Shown: one piece after another, positions 58,564-59,400 of the stretch
Layout: each line of letters starts with the position of its first letter
Position numbering within the stretch: the stretch's first letter is position 1
IMG/VR virus record: IMGVR_UViG_3300032046_000028
Location: 1-59,400 of that record
Origin: a virus
Taxonomy: Duplodnaviria; Caudoviricetes
Reading direction: 5' to 3' (one strand)
Length of the DNA stretch: 59,400 nt
Position numbers and translations under genes: made by a program
The notes under the pieces: model-generated
Told to the model about the DNA's origin: nothing
Databases searched by the model: none
Seen by the model: the letters and a program-made list of their open reading frames with translations, nothing else

Positions 58564-59273
58564 CCGCACCCACAATCACTTTTGGACATGGATTGTTGAC
58601 AGATTGCAATGAAGCCGCTGCCAGTTGGGGAGAAGGATACTATTATGCTTCAACCCTTACAGCACCAACTATCACTTCGCTGTATGATGACATTTTAGAC
58701 TTGACAGGTACAGGCACAGCGGCGAATCAGCAAGCCAATTTTATACGACTGTTCATTTGCGAAAGCCTTACCCACACAAAATACATGGTTCGCTGGAAAA
58801 CAAGCGATGCAGCGGCGGGATTGGGTGCAAGGGTAAAGTTGCGGTTTGGCGCGGGAGAATACCAAACAATCGTTGGTTCTGCTACGCCAGAGTTCAGTAC
58901 GGTATGGCATGTATCCACAGGTACGGTGACTGCGCCAGTCGCTACAACTGCGATTTCAGCCGTGATTCTTGAAGCCGTAAGCGACAGCAACTGTGGTGCG
59001 GGTCATCATGTCTACTACGATTTTATATTGTTGCATAAGGGCACGTTCCCGTTTCCAAGCGTCAGCGGCAAAATCCATTTTGAAAGCGACAACATATATG
59101 CCGACTTACCTATTCCTAGCCGCATAGGCAACCAGACGCAGTATATGGGCATGAACAGTCCCGACATAATGCTTGACGGAAAAATCGACGTAAACACGGC
59201 ATATTGCAGTGACAGACAATACACTACTAAAACTCTATGTGAAGCCGCAGGAAAAACGTGGTTTACTTGGGGC
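58560..59273 (+). CDS. Dit-like tail protein, N-terminal part (continues into 1..222; 311 aa total)
   Basis: TTG overlaps previous stop; CBM-like N-part, IPSRIGNQTQYMGMNSPDIMLDG. Confidence 0.7.
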
Positions 59274-59400
59274 ACGCCCTACGGCGAATACCTTATGCTA
59301 TTAATGCAACAGGCCAGTGCAGACCCGTTTCAATGGTTCACGTCAGACATGGTAAACTGCAAAGTTACACCTAGACGATTAATCCTAGACCAAGACGGAA
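59274..59400. repeat. Terminal direct repeat, right copy
   Basis: Identical to 1-127. Confidence 0.97.

Overview
The window appears to be a complete circular genome of about 59,273 bp. Bases 1-127 are repeated exactly at 59274-59400, and an ORF reads through the junction. It is a temperate head-tail (Caudoviricetes-like) virus of an archaeon. The host is probably a bathyarchaeon, inferred from GAGGTGA SD motifs, TATA boxes, many RHH regulators, an XPB-like helicase, N-glycosylation-rich secreted proteins and a DUF2341+dockerin surface protein. Layout: leftward early genes at 3.1-18.5 kb (SF2 helicase, radical SAM, ParB, HNHs, a broken C5 MTase, ParB-MT-A70 plus nuclease). An RHH switch and tyrosine integrase at 18.4-20.0 kb. 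Secreted proteins and a GTPase/membrane operon at 21.5-29 kb. A leftward block with a hammerhead ribozyme and a ~470-nt highly base-paired non-coding element at 29-32.6 kb. A skewed intergenic switch region, then TerS-TerL-portal. A cargo island at 39.3-47.4 kb (AbrB, NYN, FkbM-like, 1599-aa surface protein, repeated dif-like sites). Then protease/scaffold, two paralogous major capsid proteins around a cement gene, neck/fibre genes, and Dit/hub-like genes wrapping round the junction. Top leads: the large structured RNA plus hammerhead, the viral GTPase-GAP1-like membrane module, twin MCPs and cassette-flanking recombination-like sites. All family calls come from motif reading by eye; no database search was run.
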